A stretch of DNA of 64,000 bases from the human T2T-CHM13v2.0 reference genome, Homo sapiens. Under the pieces are notes generated by a model. The model was not told where the DNA came from and ran no database searches. It was given only the letters and a program-made list of their open reading frames with translations. Where the stretch lies: the NCBI RefSeq assembly GCF_009914755.1, contig NC_060931.1; one strand, written 5' to 3'. The stretch's first letter is position 1, and every line of letters begins with the position of its first letter. Shown here piece by piece: positions 15,464-28,285 of the stretch. A program made the position numbers and the translations under genes.

Positions 15464-15950
15464 ATAGTAGCTCCCTCTCATACCTCTTGCATATATTCCA
15501 ACATCTCCAGCGGATGCCTGAAATCACAGGCAGAACTAACCCTATATACACTGTTTTCCCTATATATATCTATGATAAAGTTTAATTTACAAATTAGACA
15601 CAGCAAGGGATCAAAAACAATAAAAAAAGAACAATTATAACAAAATGCCAGCATCACTACTCTTGCACTTTGGGGCCATTACTAAGTAAAACAACGGTTA
15701 CTTGAACACGGGCAGTGCGATACCATGATAGTCAATCTGATAATCGAGAGGGCTGCTGAGTAACCAGTGGGCAGGTAGCATCTACAGTGTGGATAAAGGG
15801 CTGTTTCACCTTCTGGGAAGGACAAAATTTCAGCACGATACTCACAACGCTGCACAATTTAAAATTTATAATTGTTTATTTCTGAAAAATTTTATGTAAT
15901 ATTTTTGGATTGCAGTTGACACAGGTATCTATAATAAAACCTCGGAAGGT
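15464..15950 (+). mobile_element. MER44-like (Tigger7 family) DNA transposon fossil
   Basis: Characteristic caaaatgccagcatcactactcttgcactttggggccatt and aatttaaaatttataattgtttatttctg segments. Confidence 0.7.
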
Positions 15951-15964
15951 AAAACCTCAGAGTT

Positions 15965-16110
15965 TCACCTGAAGAGCTTCCTAAAACATAGCCTGGTGAC
16001 CCCACTCCTAGAGTTTCTGATTCAGCAGTTTTGGGTGGGGCTAGAGAATCTACATTTCTACCAAGTTTCCAGGTGATGCTGATGCCAGGAACCGTGCTGA
16101 GAACCATTGC
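15965..16110. mobile_element. MER5A-like (hAT-Charlie) fragment
   Basis: agagtttctgattcagcag...gagaatctacatttct...ccaggtgatgctgatgc...gagaacca. Confidence 0.75.
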
Positions 16111-16856
16111 TCTGGCTTAAATTCTGTAAGAAAGAGGAATCTTTTCCTGCAAGGGTATTTCTCTATTTAGGCTTCTTTGCCTTGGGAGTACTGTGTATAT
16201 CCAGCAGCGAGTCATTTAGATCCCTTGTGAAAATACATGGCCACTGTTTGTAACCGACAGAGACCAGCCCTGTAGTCCACCGTGGGTCTCTATCTCTCAC
16301 AGGGCTCTGGCCATTTTGCACATGGTCTTCCTACTGTGTTTCACCTGCACTGGAAAGATTAATTTTGTTTTACTTAACTGCTTGTGAGCTGGCCTTATAG
16401 CAGGTTAAGAAAGTGTCCTTCTGGCTTATAGGGAAGCTGTAGAGCCAGGAAACCATGTGGAGGCCCATCTTCAAATCAGGGCTAGACGGGGTAAGAGGAG
16501 GCTGGTGCTAGATCACGGGGAGGGCTGCCAGTCTCTGGTGTCAGCCCTGCCTGGGTTTAAATTCCAACTTGGATGCTTCCCAGCTGTCAAAGGATTGTGG
16601 TAGTGGGGAGAAACAAAGACATGATGTGCATGCCTTCTGCTTTTGGACTGTGGATAATCCTCTGACTTGGAAATGCGTATCATAGAAATGCAGACTTGGT
16701 GGTAGAAATAACAGATTCAGCCATCAGGGAAAATTGGTTGGTGAGGCTCTGCACAAGAACCTGAGGTTCCGGAACCCCAAAGCCACAGCTTTTCTTTATT
16801 AACTTAAAGAGGCAGGAGGGAGGGCAAGAATAAATTCTAGATTTTATTCATACACC

Positions 16857-16889
16857 GACACACACACACACACAAACACACAGAGAGAG
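16857..16889. repeat. (CA)n(GA)n microsatellite; (UG)n on the MAGI2 pre-mRNA
   Basis: Directly visible. Confidence 0.9.
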
Positions 16890-17037
16890 TAAAGAGACTA
16901 ATATTTTATATTGTTAACAAGCTTTGTTTTATACCCTTAAATGAAGAATCAGTTACCCATCAATCAGATGCCTCAAAGTAATTATTAAATGAAAAAATCT
17001 ACTCTTAACTTTAATTGGAAAATTTCTAGCTGCTGTC

Positions 17038-17338
17038 TTTTTTTTTTTTTTTCTTGAGACAGATTCTCACTCTGTTGCCCAGGCTGGAGTGCAGTGGCAC
17101 GATCTTGGCTCACTGCAACCTCCGCCTCCCTGGGCTCAAGCGATTCTCCTGCCTCAGCCTCCTGAGTAGCTAGGACTACAGGCGCCCGCCACCACGCCTG
17201 GCTAATTTTTTTGTATTTTTAGTAGAGATGGGGTTTCACAGTGTTAGCCAGGTTGTTCTCCATCTCTTGACCTTGTGATCCTCCCGCCTCAGCCTCCCAA
17301 AGTGCTAGGATTACCGGTGTGAGCCACCACGCCCGGCC
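17038..17338 (-). mobile_element. AluSc-like
   Basis: Poly-T then reverse Alu; TSD core CTGCTGTC on both sides. Confidence 0.92.
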
Positions 17339-17838
17339 CCTGCTGTCATTTTTAAGAACAACCTGTATCCAAGAAGCCAAATCCCTTTTACTCCTAATGC
17401 TTCTGTCTGCCCAGTATCAAACCAAAAGACCAGTCAACACAAAGGAAAAATTTCCTAAAAGTCCCGCAAAACCATGTGATTAATCAATATGGGGGAAAAA
17501 GCACAAAACTAAAAATAAATTTCAAAAGATTCAACCTTAATCAAAACAGAATCATCAAACCATAGAAAGAATTATGGAGAAATAATGTTTCCTTTTCAAG
17601 CTATTTCTTAGATTTCTTTCATTTGCTCTTTAGAAAAATAGTACTTTACTGAGGTTAATCAATTAGAAGGTCATAAGCAGAAAAATGAGAATGAGAGATA
17701 TTATAAAATAGCAAGTGGCCAGACTTTTAAGAAACTGGGTCATCATCAACTAGAAAGAGGGCAAACCTACAGCAACCCCGCTTGACAGCATGCTTCAGTA
17801 CTCTTCCAATACCACAGTCGGTTTTTCTTTCAGAATTA

Positions 17839-18048
<210 letters not shown>

Positions 18049-18366
18049 TTAGTTATCAGAGAAGCTTCTGTGGCTAGTCTCTGTGTTCTCCTTCTGTCTC
18101 TTAGTTAATGTATTCCAAATGACATGATGTTGGGAGAAGTCGTAATCTGGCTTCATAAACTACCCAAATGAAAGACAAAATTCCAAAGGTTTGAGCAGGC
18201 CACAGCACAGTTTACTTGGTCATCAAAGAATTACTGTGTAGCTTGTTTACTTTGGTATTCATCAGTTTACTTGGCAAACGTGGAATGATTACAGATAGGC
18301 CTGAGTGACATCATCTCTCCTTTTACTTCTCTCATTCACTGCTATTGAGCACCATAAATAAATGTC

Positions 18367-18368
<2 letters not shown>

Positions 18369-18404
<36 letters not shown>
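18369..18404. repeat. (GT)~18 perfect microsatellite
   Basis: Directly visible. Confidence 0.95.
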
Positions 18405-18406
<2 letters not shown>

Positions 18407-19377
18407 AAATTACAGAGTTTGCTGATTAGAAAAGTAAAATTTAGTGGGATCTGATAATTAGATCTCTCAGTTGCACAGACTATTGAATATCAAGTTGGAA
18501 TGTACAAAATCAATTTCTCTTTTACCTAAAATGCAGTATGTCCAAGATTCTCTGATCTTCACTATTCTTAAAATCTTTGGGCATAAAGTTGATCTTCAAT
18601 TCATAATAAAACACAATGTAATCTGATAGAGTTGAGATTGTACTTAATTTATATCTTGATATGTAGTTATGAAGTAGGAAATATTTTCTAGATACCAAAC
18701 TCTGGTCTAGACTCTTTTCATAAATGTTGAATCCTCATCCTGGCCTGTAAGGAGGACTCTCCCTTTAGGAAACTGAATCTCAGAGAAGTTAAGGAAGTTG
18801 ACATGAAGCGCATCAACAAATAATCATAACAACAGTGACACTGGTTGTGTAGACAGAGAGTTGTTGGCTGTGGCAGGCGCTACACTCTGGATTGTGAAGC
18901 CAAGCCTGGTCTTATTCTTACGCACAGGGGCTTGGCCCTTTATCACAGAGTGGCAGGTAGGGGGCCACGTAAAAAACTATGGACCTAAAATACCTCCACT
19001 GCTAGCATCTATAAAATTTTCTGCATTAGCAGCACTCTCAGAGGTCCCAGGTTAGAGCATTTTTAAAACTTTGACAAGGAAACGTACAAGGAGTTAGCTA
19101 GTATTAGCAGGGATTAGTTTATTCCATTACTACTCATCTGCTATTTATTTATGTATTTATCCATATTTATTTATTGTCCTGCTTTATTCTGAAATAGATT
19201 TATTTATCCAGCATGTTTCTGAGGATGCAGGTGTTACCCCGATGTTACCAGAACTAGGAATAGAACTTCAGCTCTCCATCCCAGACAGGTACTCTTTCCT
19301 CTGCCTCTCCTATTTCATTCCTTGCAGTTCTCTGGAAGCCTTGGTCAGGACCCACCCTGCTCTCCGGGAGGAGGTAC

Positions 19378-19597
19378 CTGGGGTTGTCTGTAGTCCGACA
19401 GAGGGTACTGCCTGGTGTCGGGGGAGTGCTGCCTGTAGTCCAGCAGGGGAGGCTGCCTGTAGTCCAAGGGTGGGGGCTGCTGGTAGTCCCCTCCTGGGGG
19501 TTGCCTGTAATCCAGCGGGGGCTGCCTGTAGTCTGTGAATGGAGGCTGTCGGATGTCTGGTTTCACATCTTGCCTTGCTTTCACTTCTGACCTGTAA
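19378..19597 (-). CDS. MAGI2: MAGI2 coding exon (220 nt, phase 2 to 0; probably exon 19), DYRQPP-repeat linker
   Basis: Acceptor gatttag|TTAC, donor CAG|gtacct. Translates (S)YRSEVKARQDVKPDIRQPPFTDYRQPPLDYRQPPGGDYQQPPPLDYRQPPLLDYRQHSPDTRQYPLSDYRQPQ. Confidence 0.94.
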
Positions 19598-21844
19598 CTA
19601 AATCAATGGAAATGGGATTTGCTTTTGTAACTCTGCATTCTAAAGAGGCTAGAGTGATCACACGGCCTCCAGAGGTGGTCCAGCCATGACAGCTCACACA
19701 AACCACTCCTCTTGGTGGTCCTGTTGGATGCTCAGGATTATGAGAAGGTTAAATATTATTTAAAAATCTCTGACAAATGCCATATTGTATGCTTTTTATT
19801 TGGCTCCTTACGAAGTCAAGGTAAAAATGATGGTTCAACCAGAACCTTGTGAAAAAGCACTCATGGATGTTCCTCTTTGACTTTGGCTATTTAAAAACTG
19901 TACAGCCACAGCAAATCAAGGGATTGAAGCACTGAACTATACAAACCAAGACATCAGCCTATCTTAACACTGGTAAACCAACCTTCCTCTCTCACTCTTA
20001 CTTTTTTCTCTCACACACACCCCTTGGCAGATCATTCATTACTTCATAAAAACATGATTGAAGTGATCTCTAAATACATTACAAATACACAATCAAAGGC
20101 TATTTTAACCTGCTGAGTTGGGTCTTTTTGAATATTTTACAGAGGTTAAAGGAGTGATGGTAAAATATAATCACCAACTACAAACCAAGTGGCAAGTCAT
20201 TGGATCATTGGTAAAACTGGAAACATATTACACAGAGGTAATACTAGATCATAGCTATCAAGATTAGCATCAAATACTACTGTGGTCATAAGATGGAAGA
20301 GAAGGCAAAAATGTTTATGTCCAACATTTATCTCTTGCTTGCTTCTAGATATTAGTTACTAATGAAATAAACACAGAGATGAGAGCTAGGAGTGTAGCAT
20401 TGTTTTGTGAATCCAAACTGCTTTAAGCTGAGGGGGTTACTAGTTTCAAAAGAAATAGCCAGTCCCTACCATTATGGGATCATTAATAAGGTGAACTGAA
20501 AAATTATCATCATGGTATGGAGGCCATTTAATTCTGTTGTTCATTGCCTATTGCCATGGTAACAGTCTATAATGGGCTACCCAGGGATGTAGGTAGATTG
20601 AAAAAATACATTCTACATAGTAACAATTTTATCTAAAATTAATTGGAGGGTATGAGGAATTGAGAAAATATTTAGCAGCAAGAAAAAGCTCAAATGTGTC
20701 AGGAAAACTAGTGCAAACCAGTAGAATTCTTACCTTTAAAAGAGTCTGGATTTTTTTTTTTTTTTAAACTGGCTTACGGTCTTACTGATGCTGATTAGTA
20801 TTAAGTATTTTTAAAAATCACTTGCCTGAACAATTGCCATTAGTGCAATCTAATATTTGGCAAGGTCACACTGAAAGTGCATGGCAATAGATGTATTTAC
20901 TTGGGGCTCCTTAGAAGGGGGTTAGTAATGTAGTTATTTTAATCAACCCTTTGAGTAGGTCCCATTTATTACTTAACCCTGCAGAGGAGAGGCATTCCTT
21001 TTATGAGGTGCATAATTTCGGCCTTGCTTTATACCTCAATTGTCCACTCGCCTACTGAGAGCATGCATGCTGAGAATAGAATTATTTAAAATATACTTTG
21101 AATAAGATGCTTAACTATGCAAATGCATGCATTAAACAAAAGGAATTAAACTGGGTGACATTTGTCAGTGTGTGTTGGTTCCTTTCTGGAAATAGCTTGT
21201 TTGGTGGTTTGGATGTCACACTGTTTTAAGTTATAGCATAGTCACTTTATTTCCATGATCTGTATGGTATTGATATGCAATATCCATTGTGTGCTCAATT
21301 TCCAACCAAATGTGACATGAGGTATGGCCAAAGAGGGTGAAATGTAAGAATTTCCCCCAAAGTAATACAAACGAGTAAAAATAGGAGCAGATGAAACTTT
21401 CAAAACTCTCATCCAGGCCATCAGGCACTTAAACTATATTCTACCCAGTGTCGTGTGTCAGGATTTTAAGTTGAACTACACATTGAAGAATTCTTTAATA
21501 AGGGAAACATACTAAATTTTTTTATGAGTGTTGCTAACTTTTAAGTGAATAATATACCAGCTAGGGCAAAAAATTATGTTGCTTTGAATGTGTGAAACAC
21601 TTTAAGGAAAACTCAGGATTATTTTAAAAAGCTGGCTCTCTAAAGTTCTTTTACTTCTGAAAGAAGATCATCAAAACCCTTCATAGCTATTAATTCAATT
21701 GCTAAAGAGATTTTAGAAATGATAAAACCAGACTGCTAATGGTAAGTTCTAGCAGGTTTTTTGTGGTATGAAAAAGTTCCAGAACAAAGAAATGCTGCCC
21801 ATGGTGAGAACGCACATCTCGTGGGCCCTTCAAGAATCACTTCC

Positions 21845-22141
<297 letters not shown>

Positions 22142-24060
22142 AAGAATCACTTCCAGTCCTGAGCATCTAGAGTTCAAAGTCTGTGAAAGAAGTCAATTTC
22201 CAATGCTCTTTCACTGACCTTGCCATTTTAAACTGCAAATATCAATTGCCCTTGCTGGAGAAGGTGAACTCTGCTATTTATACTTAGTTTTGAAATATAT
22301 TCCATAACAGCTCTTCTGTTGTTTTCAACAAATGCTTCTCCTTGAATAGTGTTTTTGCTTATCTTCACATTAAACATACTTTATGCTTCCTGAGCACACA
22401 CCCAAAAGATGTTAAAGGACTGAGAAATGGGGAGAAGTGTATGGGTGTCATGGGAAGCCAATCCAAGAGTAAATACAGCAGGAAAAAATATCACTCATTC
22501 TAACTCACAACACAGACATTTGCAAGCAGATTGTCATTTTATTTTATCCCGCTCTAACATGGGAACGGGCTGAATCTGACATGTAGGTGGGCACTCCTTA
22601 TACAAATGAAGAAATAGGAAATTCATACCGTGCACTGGCATATAAACTGTCTTAGAGACATCTCCAGCCTGATCTAAAAAAATGGCAAAGAGTTTTCCCT
22701 CTGATACCATGGCCATCTTTAAATGCAATTGGGAAAAATGTTTCTGGTACCTGTAAGATTACTGAATCTCTTCATTCATATGCAAATGTGCCACCACCAA
22801 CAATCACAGAGTTCAGCCAGGAAACCCGAGTGCCAGTAAAGGGCCCTAGAGTTGGAGTGGGCACTTCCTGGGCTGTTAATATAGTAATGGAAGCAAAATA
22901 TCTTAGAGGCAATGTAGTAGTAGAAGAAGCAAAATACCTTAGAACTCTGGGCAAATATGTTGGTGACTTATAAACATTTGGATTAGGTCAATCTGAATCC
23001 CAGAGTTAGGAATATTTCATTCTGCAGTCAGGATGTCCAAAGACCACTGCTTCTGTGATAGGGAACAAGGTATCCCAGTTGTGAGCTGGCAGCAGATGGG
23101 ACATGACAGTGGCTGTATCCAGCTGTTGTTCTCCCCTCAGAGCTATAGCACACCAGGGATGAGCTCACCCACTCAAGGCTGGGAGCAAGAGCCATGTCCA
23201 GGGAAATCTGACTCTGGAAAGGAGAATGGAATGTGGCTGCGAGATTAATCGACAGTGGCAAGAAGAGACTGAAGCTGGCTCAGGGACTGCTGGGGTGCTC
23301 AAGTCCTTCCTCTTGAGTCTAAGATGAATTCTGGGGAAAGCCAGTGCAATCTGTTGAAGTGATAGATGTTGAGAGCAAACCCATCTGGGGCTCATTACTG
23401 AGACACTCAGGACCTACCCTTCTTAGGGATTGTCAAATTCTCACCTCTGCATCATTTGCTTTATGGGGCTTTTCTCTTCCTTGCGTATATTTAAAAACAT
23501 AAGCACCTGAGGACAATCAGACATTTACTTTTCTATGAAAGCAAATGGGAAATCAGTAGAATAAGGCTTTGTAGAAATACCACCTGTGGCACAGGGAACA
23601 CAGTTTGCTTTGCAACAATGTGAATGATGAACCCAGAGAGTTCTGGGAATCAAAAACAGAGTCTCACTTCATCTTCGCCATCATGGGAGGAGAGGGATGG
23701 GAAGCAGATGTTCAGAAAACATTAGAATCATTAAAAAGGCCAGTGAGGGGTTTATATGCAGAGGTGTTTCTGTGAGTTGTTCTGTTTTTGTTTGTTTGTT
23801 TCCCACGGAAAGCGAGAAAGCATCATGGGAACATGTCTTCATCTTTCTCTTTAATGGCTGAACCCAACCCAGGCTCCCTGTTATATACAAGTCACAATAA
23901 GAAGACAATGTCGTTCTTATGACAGTCTTTTTCTGGAAGTTCAAAGTGTCTTATTCATTAGTCTATGATGCCTATCTCTAATGCTATGTGTGGAATAGAA
24001 GAACCTCATTAGATTGTGGGTAGGAGGATGTAAGGTTGTTATAATCAGTAAAAATGCTAA

Positions 24061-24356
24061 TTTATTTTATTTTTGAGACAGAGTCTCACTCTGTCATCCA
24101 GGCTGGAGTGTAATGGGAACGTTCTCAGCTCACTGCAACCTCCGCCTCCTGGGCTCAAGTGATTATCCTGCCTCAGCCTCCCAAGTAGCTGGGACTACAG
24201 GCGTGTACCACCACAACCGGCTAACTTTTGTGTTTTTTGTAGAGGTGGGGTTTCACCACGTTGCTCAGGCTGGTCTTGAACTCCTGGGCTCAAGCAATCC
24301 TCACACCTCGGTTTCCCAAAGTGCTGGGATTATAGGCGTGAGCCACCACACTGGCT
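24061..24356 (-). mobile_element. AluJ
   Basis: Diverged reverse Alu (ctcctgggctcaagcaatcc). Confidence 0.88.
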
Positions 24357-24409
24357 GCTAATATTTACTAATGCCTACAAATCCTTCAACATTCTCCCTA
24401 CCTCCACAT

Positions 24410-24870
24410 CATCATCATTCTCTGAGCCATGACTTTTGTGGTTCAATGGACGTCTGCAGCCACCTCCTAACTGCTTAACCTGCATTCACCCTGCCAGCCT
24501 CCTGTCTGCGCTCTGCAGGGCAGACCGAGAGGCCTTCTTATAAAGCAAATCCAATGATAGCAGTCCTCAGCTGAAGACCCTTCAATGACTTCCCGCTGCA
24601 CTTAAAGATCAAAACATTAAGTAAGCATGCTTACAAGGCCCTTTAGGGTGGGCCCCAGCCACCCTCACTGGCTTCATCTCACATCATACTCTTCTCCTTC
24701 TGCCACCCCATATATTGGCCGCATTTCCATCGTGCATACTGCAGGCTTGCGCCTGCCAGGGGGCCTCTGAGTAAGTTCTTCACTCTGGACTCTCTTTAAC
24801 ATGCTCTTCAGCTGTTAAGCCCTACTCATCTGCAACTGCTCACCATTTCTGCAGGAAAGCATCTCTCTTT
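24410..24870 (+). mobile_element. L2 fragment
   Basis: gcagccacctcctaactg...cccttcaatgacttccc...; boundaries approximate. Confidence 0.55.
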
Positions 24871-25071
24871 GTGAAGGATAGACACTCAGCTATCTTTACT
24901 AATAAAACCATATCTATAACACACACAACCTCGAAATCACACAAAGGTATGCACGGCGATTTCTACTTTATAAAAGTCTCTCTCTCTGCCTGTCCTGTGC
25001 TGTCCCCAAATACTCCCTCCTTTCCCCACCCTATCACCTCTCAGAATCACAAAAGTCAGAGGAAATTTTAC

Positions 25072-25243
25072 CTATTTTCGTGTCCTTGCAGCTGAAGTGG
25101 TTGAGGTGGTGCTGGCTGGGCGATGGGGCTGTTGGGGGTGGCTGGGCTTGGCTGGGCCAGGGGACTCTGCTGTGCCAGGGGACTCTGCTGCGCCATGGGA
25201 CTCTGCTTCTCTGAGCTGGGTGCCGAGGTGGGGCTGTTGAGCT
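25072..25243 (-). CDS. MAGI2: MAGI2 coding exon (172 nt, phase 1 to 2; probably exon 18), Ser/Pro/Gln-rich linker
   Basis: Acceptor ctccatcgcag|AG, donor AATAG|gtaaaa. Translates (E)LNSPTSAPSSEKQSPMAQQSPLAQQSPLAQPSPATPNSPIAQPAPPQPLQLQGHEN. The ORF track misses this frame. Confidence 0.94.
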
Positions 25244-26148
25244 CTGCGATGGAGAACCAAAGCGGCAGATGCAGTCAGGTTAGTGTTGATAAGGGGAAAG
25301 AAGTGACTAGAGGCAGTGACTTCGCCTCTGCTGATGGCTCAGGCTTTGGTTATTTCCGTTTCTGCTAGGTTTTTAGATAGCAGGTTAATCTTATCAAGTT
25401 CTAATACCATTTCTGATATTTGTATTCTTTCATTAATGATCACTGCAGAACAAGGCTATGAACAGTATCTTGTCATTCTGCCAGAAGAAAAGATTACCAA
25501 AAAACCTCATAAAACTATGAAAAAAATTATTCAAAGGACTAAGCTCTAAAACATACTCTATTTTTGCAGCATCGCTTGCTGAGAGAAAATGGATCCGCCA
25601 CCAGTTTTTGCTTGTAATAAACAGCCTGAAGAGTCTTCCAAAGTGTGGATAAGGAATGAACCATAAAAAGAAAAATGTTTTTTACAATCTTTTCCTCATC
25701 CCTTGTCAGTCTTATTGCCTCATAGCCCACTGGACTCCACACTTTTCCAGAAAGAAGAAAGAACCCTGGACACAGGAAGAGTCACAAAACTATTCTATTA
25801 AATAATTGCTTCTGGAATTCTTTGCTAATAACATCAAATTTTCAACTGAAATTGACTCTATATATTGGAATAAGGGCCCAACAGACACATTCCAGACTCA
25901 GAAAACTGAGAAGCGTTTAGATTTTCAGCGAGCAATCTTGTTTGCAGTTAATTTCCATTGAATAGCTTATACATGTTGGTGTCTGGAGATAGTAGGTTAT
26001 AAAGCAGTATGGTCATTTTCTTTTCTCTCTCTCTTTTTTTGATTGGGTAAGAAAAGGGAGGTGATCTATTAGCATTCCCCTATGAACTCTTCTTCCCCCC
26101 CCTTTTTTCCCCACAGTCCAAATCTTTTAATTCCTTCTCCATTTATAT

Positions 26149-26366
26149 CAGGGTTTCCCAGACTCAGCACTGTTGGCATTTTGGGTGGGGTAATTCTTTC
26201 CTGTGGACGGCTGTCCTGTGCATTTTAGGATAGTTGGCAGCATCCCTGGCCTCCACCCCCTAGATGCCAGCAGCATGCCCACCTCAATCAAGACAGTCAA
26301 AAATGCCTCCAGACTTTACCAAATGTCCCTTGGGGGGACAAAACCACCCCCGTTGAGAACTACTGT
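26149..26366 (+). mobile_element. MER20 (hAT-Charlie)
   Basis: ~218 bp: cagggtttccc...ggcagcatccctggcctccacccc...ttgagaactactg. Confidence 0.85.
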
Positions 26367-27072
26367 TTTATATTTAAAGTCAAGTGGCTGTTTAGCCATT
26401 TGCTGCCTACATGTCAGATAATCCTAAAATGGAATTGGGGGCTGAATAAAACAGAGGGTACCAAGTTGAGTGAGCCCATCAGCCTCTGTGTGGGACACTC
26501 ATCAGTGAGCTCCAGAAATGGAATTCTTCAATATCGTTGATGAGTCAGCAGCCAGAAACTAGTCATGAACCCACTGTCTCTGGAAATGGTGAATTTTTGG
26601 TGCAGTGATGTTCACAGCTCCATGACCCCTTAGGGCATGGTTATGAATTGTGATGTTCACTACTCTTTTGAGCCTCAGGGGGGAGTCCTTGTACAGACAA
26701 ATTCAAAAGGCTCAGTGGGAATTTTAAATTCTTATCAGATGCAACATTTTCTAAATGAGCTCTCCTTATACCACAAAACTTCACGTTTTCAAAATCAATC
26801 TGACTTTGAGGAATCCTCTAGAGATTTACTGTTAACATAAATTTTTTTTTTCAGATTTGTAACTCTGTCACCTCTGTTGAATGAATTCTGACTTAATATA
26901 ACCATAAAAGCGGGGGCCCACAGGGAATGATTGAATAACCTGGCATCTTGGAATTCACACTATTTAGCCTGCAATGTCACATAGCTTGACCTCTGAATGA
27001 AACAGGTACTGAGTAAACAAGATATGGATTGCAACTGAGTGTGAGTTTTTGCAAAAGTGGAAATAATAATCA

Positions 27073-27624
<552 letters not shown>

Positions 27625-28285
27625 TCAAACTTTGGGGTGATCATAATTAACCTAGAGTTAAAAAGACAGCTATTTGGGCCTTACTGGGGACTGTCTGAGT
27701 TAGAATGTCCAGGCAGGAGGCGAGGACCATGAATTTCTAAGAAGCTCCTAGGGAGATTCCAATATATATGAGTGTTTGAGGACCACATAGAACTTTGTGC
27801 CCCATGAGCTCATATTCTAGGGACAATAATCAATAATTTAAGAAAGCTACAATAAATGCCAGAAATTCAATTTCTACCCTTTTATTATTTTATTGAGAGG
27901 AGAAAACAAGGAAGGAAAGAAATATGTGTTAACATGGGTAGTAGCCACTTGGTAAAGAAGTTATAACCACCTTTCCACTCATGTACTAAGCTATAAAGGT
28001 TGGTGTGTTGTCACATCTTACCTCTTCTTTTTGATTTACTTTTACATGGTGCTGATATCTTGCTAATGTCTGATACATAATGCATTTATTCAAATCTACA
28101 ATGCCATGCATGGTAAGACACACCTTTATTTTATATGCCACGGGAAAAAAAATAAAAAGAAACACTGCTAACTAAATAATGATGCTCCATTGATTATAAG
28201 ATGCTCTCCAACTGTCAAAATATTAAAATATAAAAATGTTTAGGATTGGTAAAATGTTATACGTCTTTTAAAAACAATGTACACT

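Noticed and set aside
19351-19360. Alternative donor CAGG|gtgggt 22 nt into the intron as a productive isoform
   Set aside because: It would shift the frame into the next exon, so at best it gives an NMD substrate.
19378-19560. CRISPR-like repeat array
   Set aside because: Degenerate short coding repeats with no unique spacers, in eukaryotic DNA with no cas genes.
19242-19590. Plus-strand ORFs with ACSP/LPVV repeats as an antisense gene
   Set aside because: They are the antisense shadow of the stop-poor DYRQPP repeat exon; the same applies to ORFs at 25123, 27278 and 52262.
22885-22945. Imperfect duplication GAAGCAAAATA(T/C)CTTAGA (EAKYLR twice in a 61-aa ORF)
   Set aside because: Local tandem duplication with no splice or coding support.
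24750-24768. CTCF-like motif CTGCCAGGGGGCC (and a weaker one near 19664)
   Set aside because: Mismatches at core positions and lies within an L2 fossil; not supportable without ChIP data.
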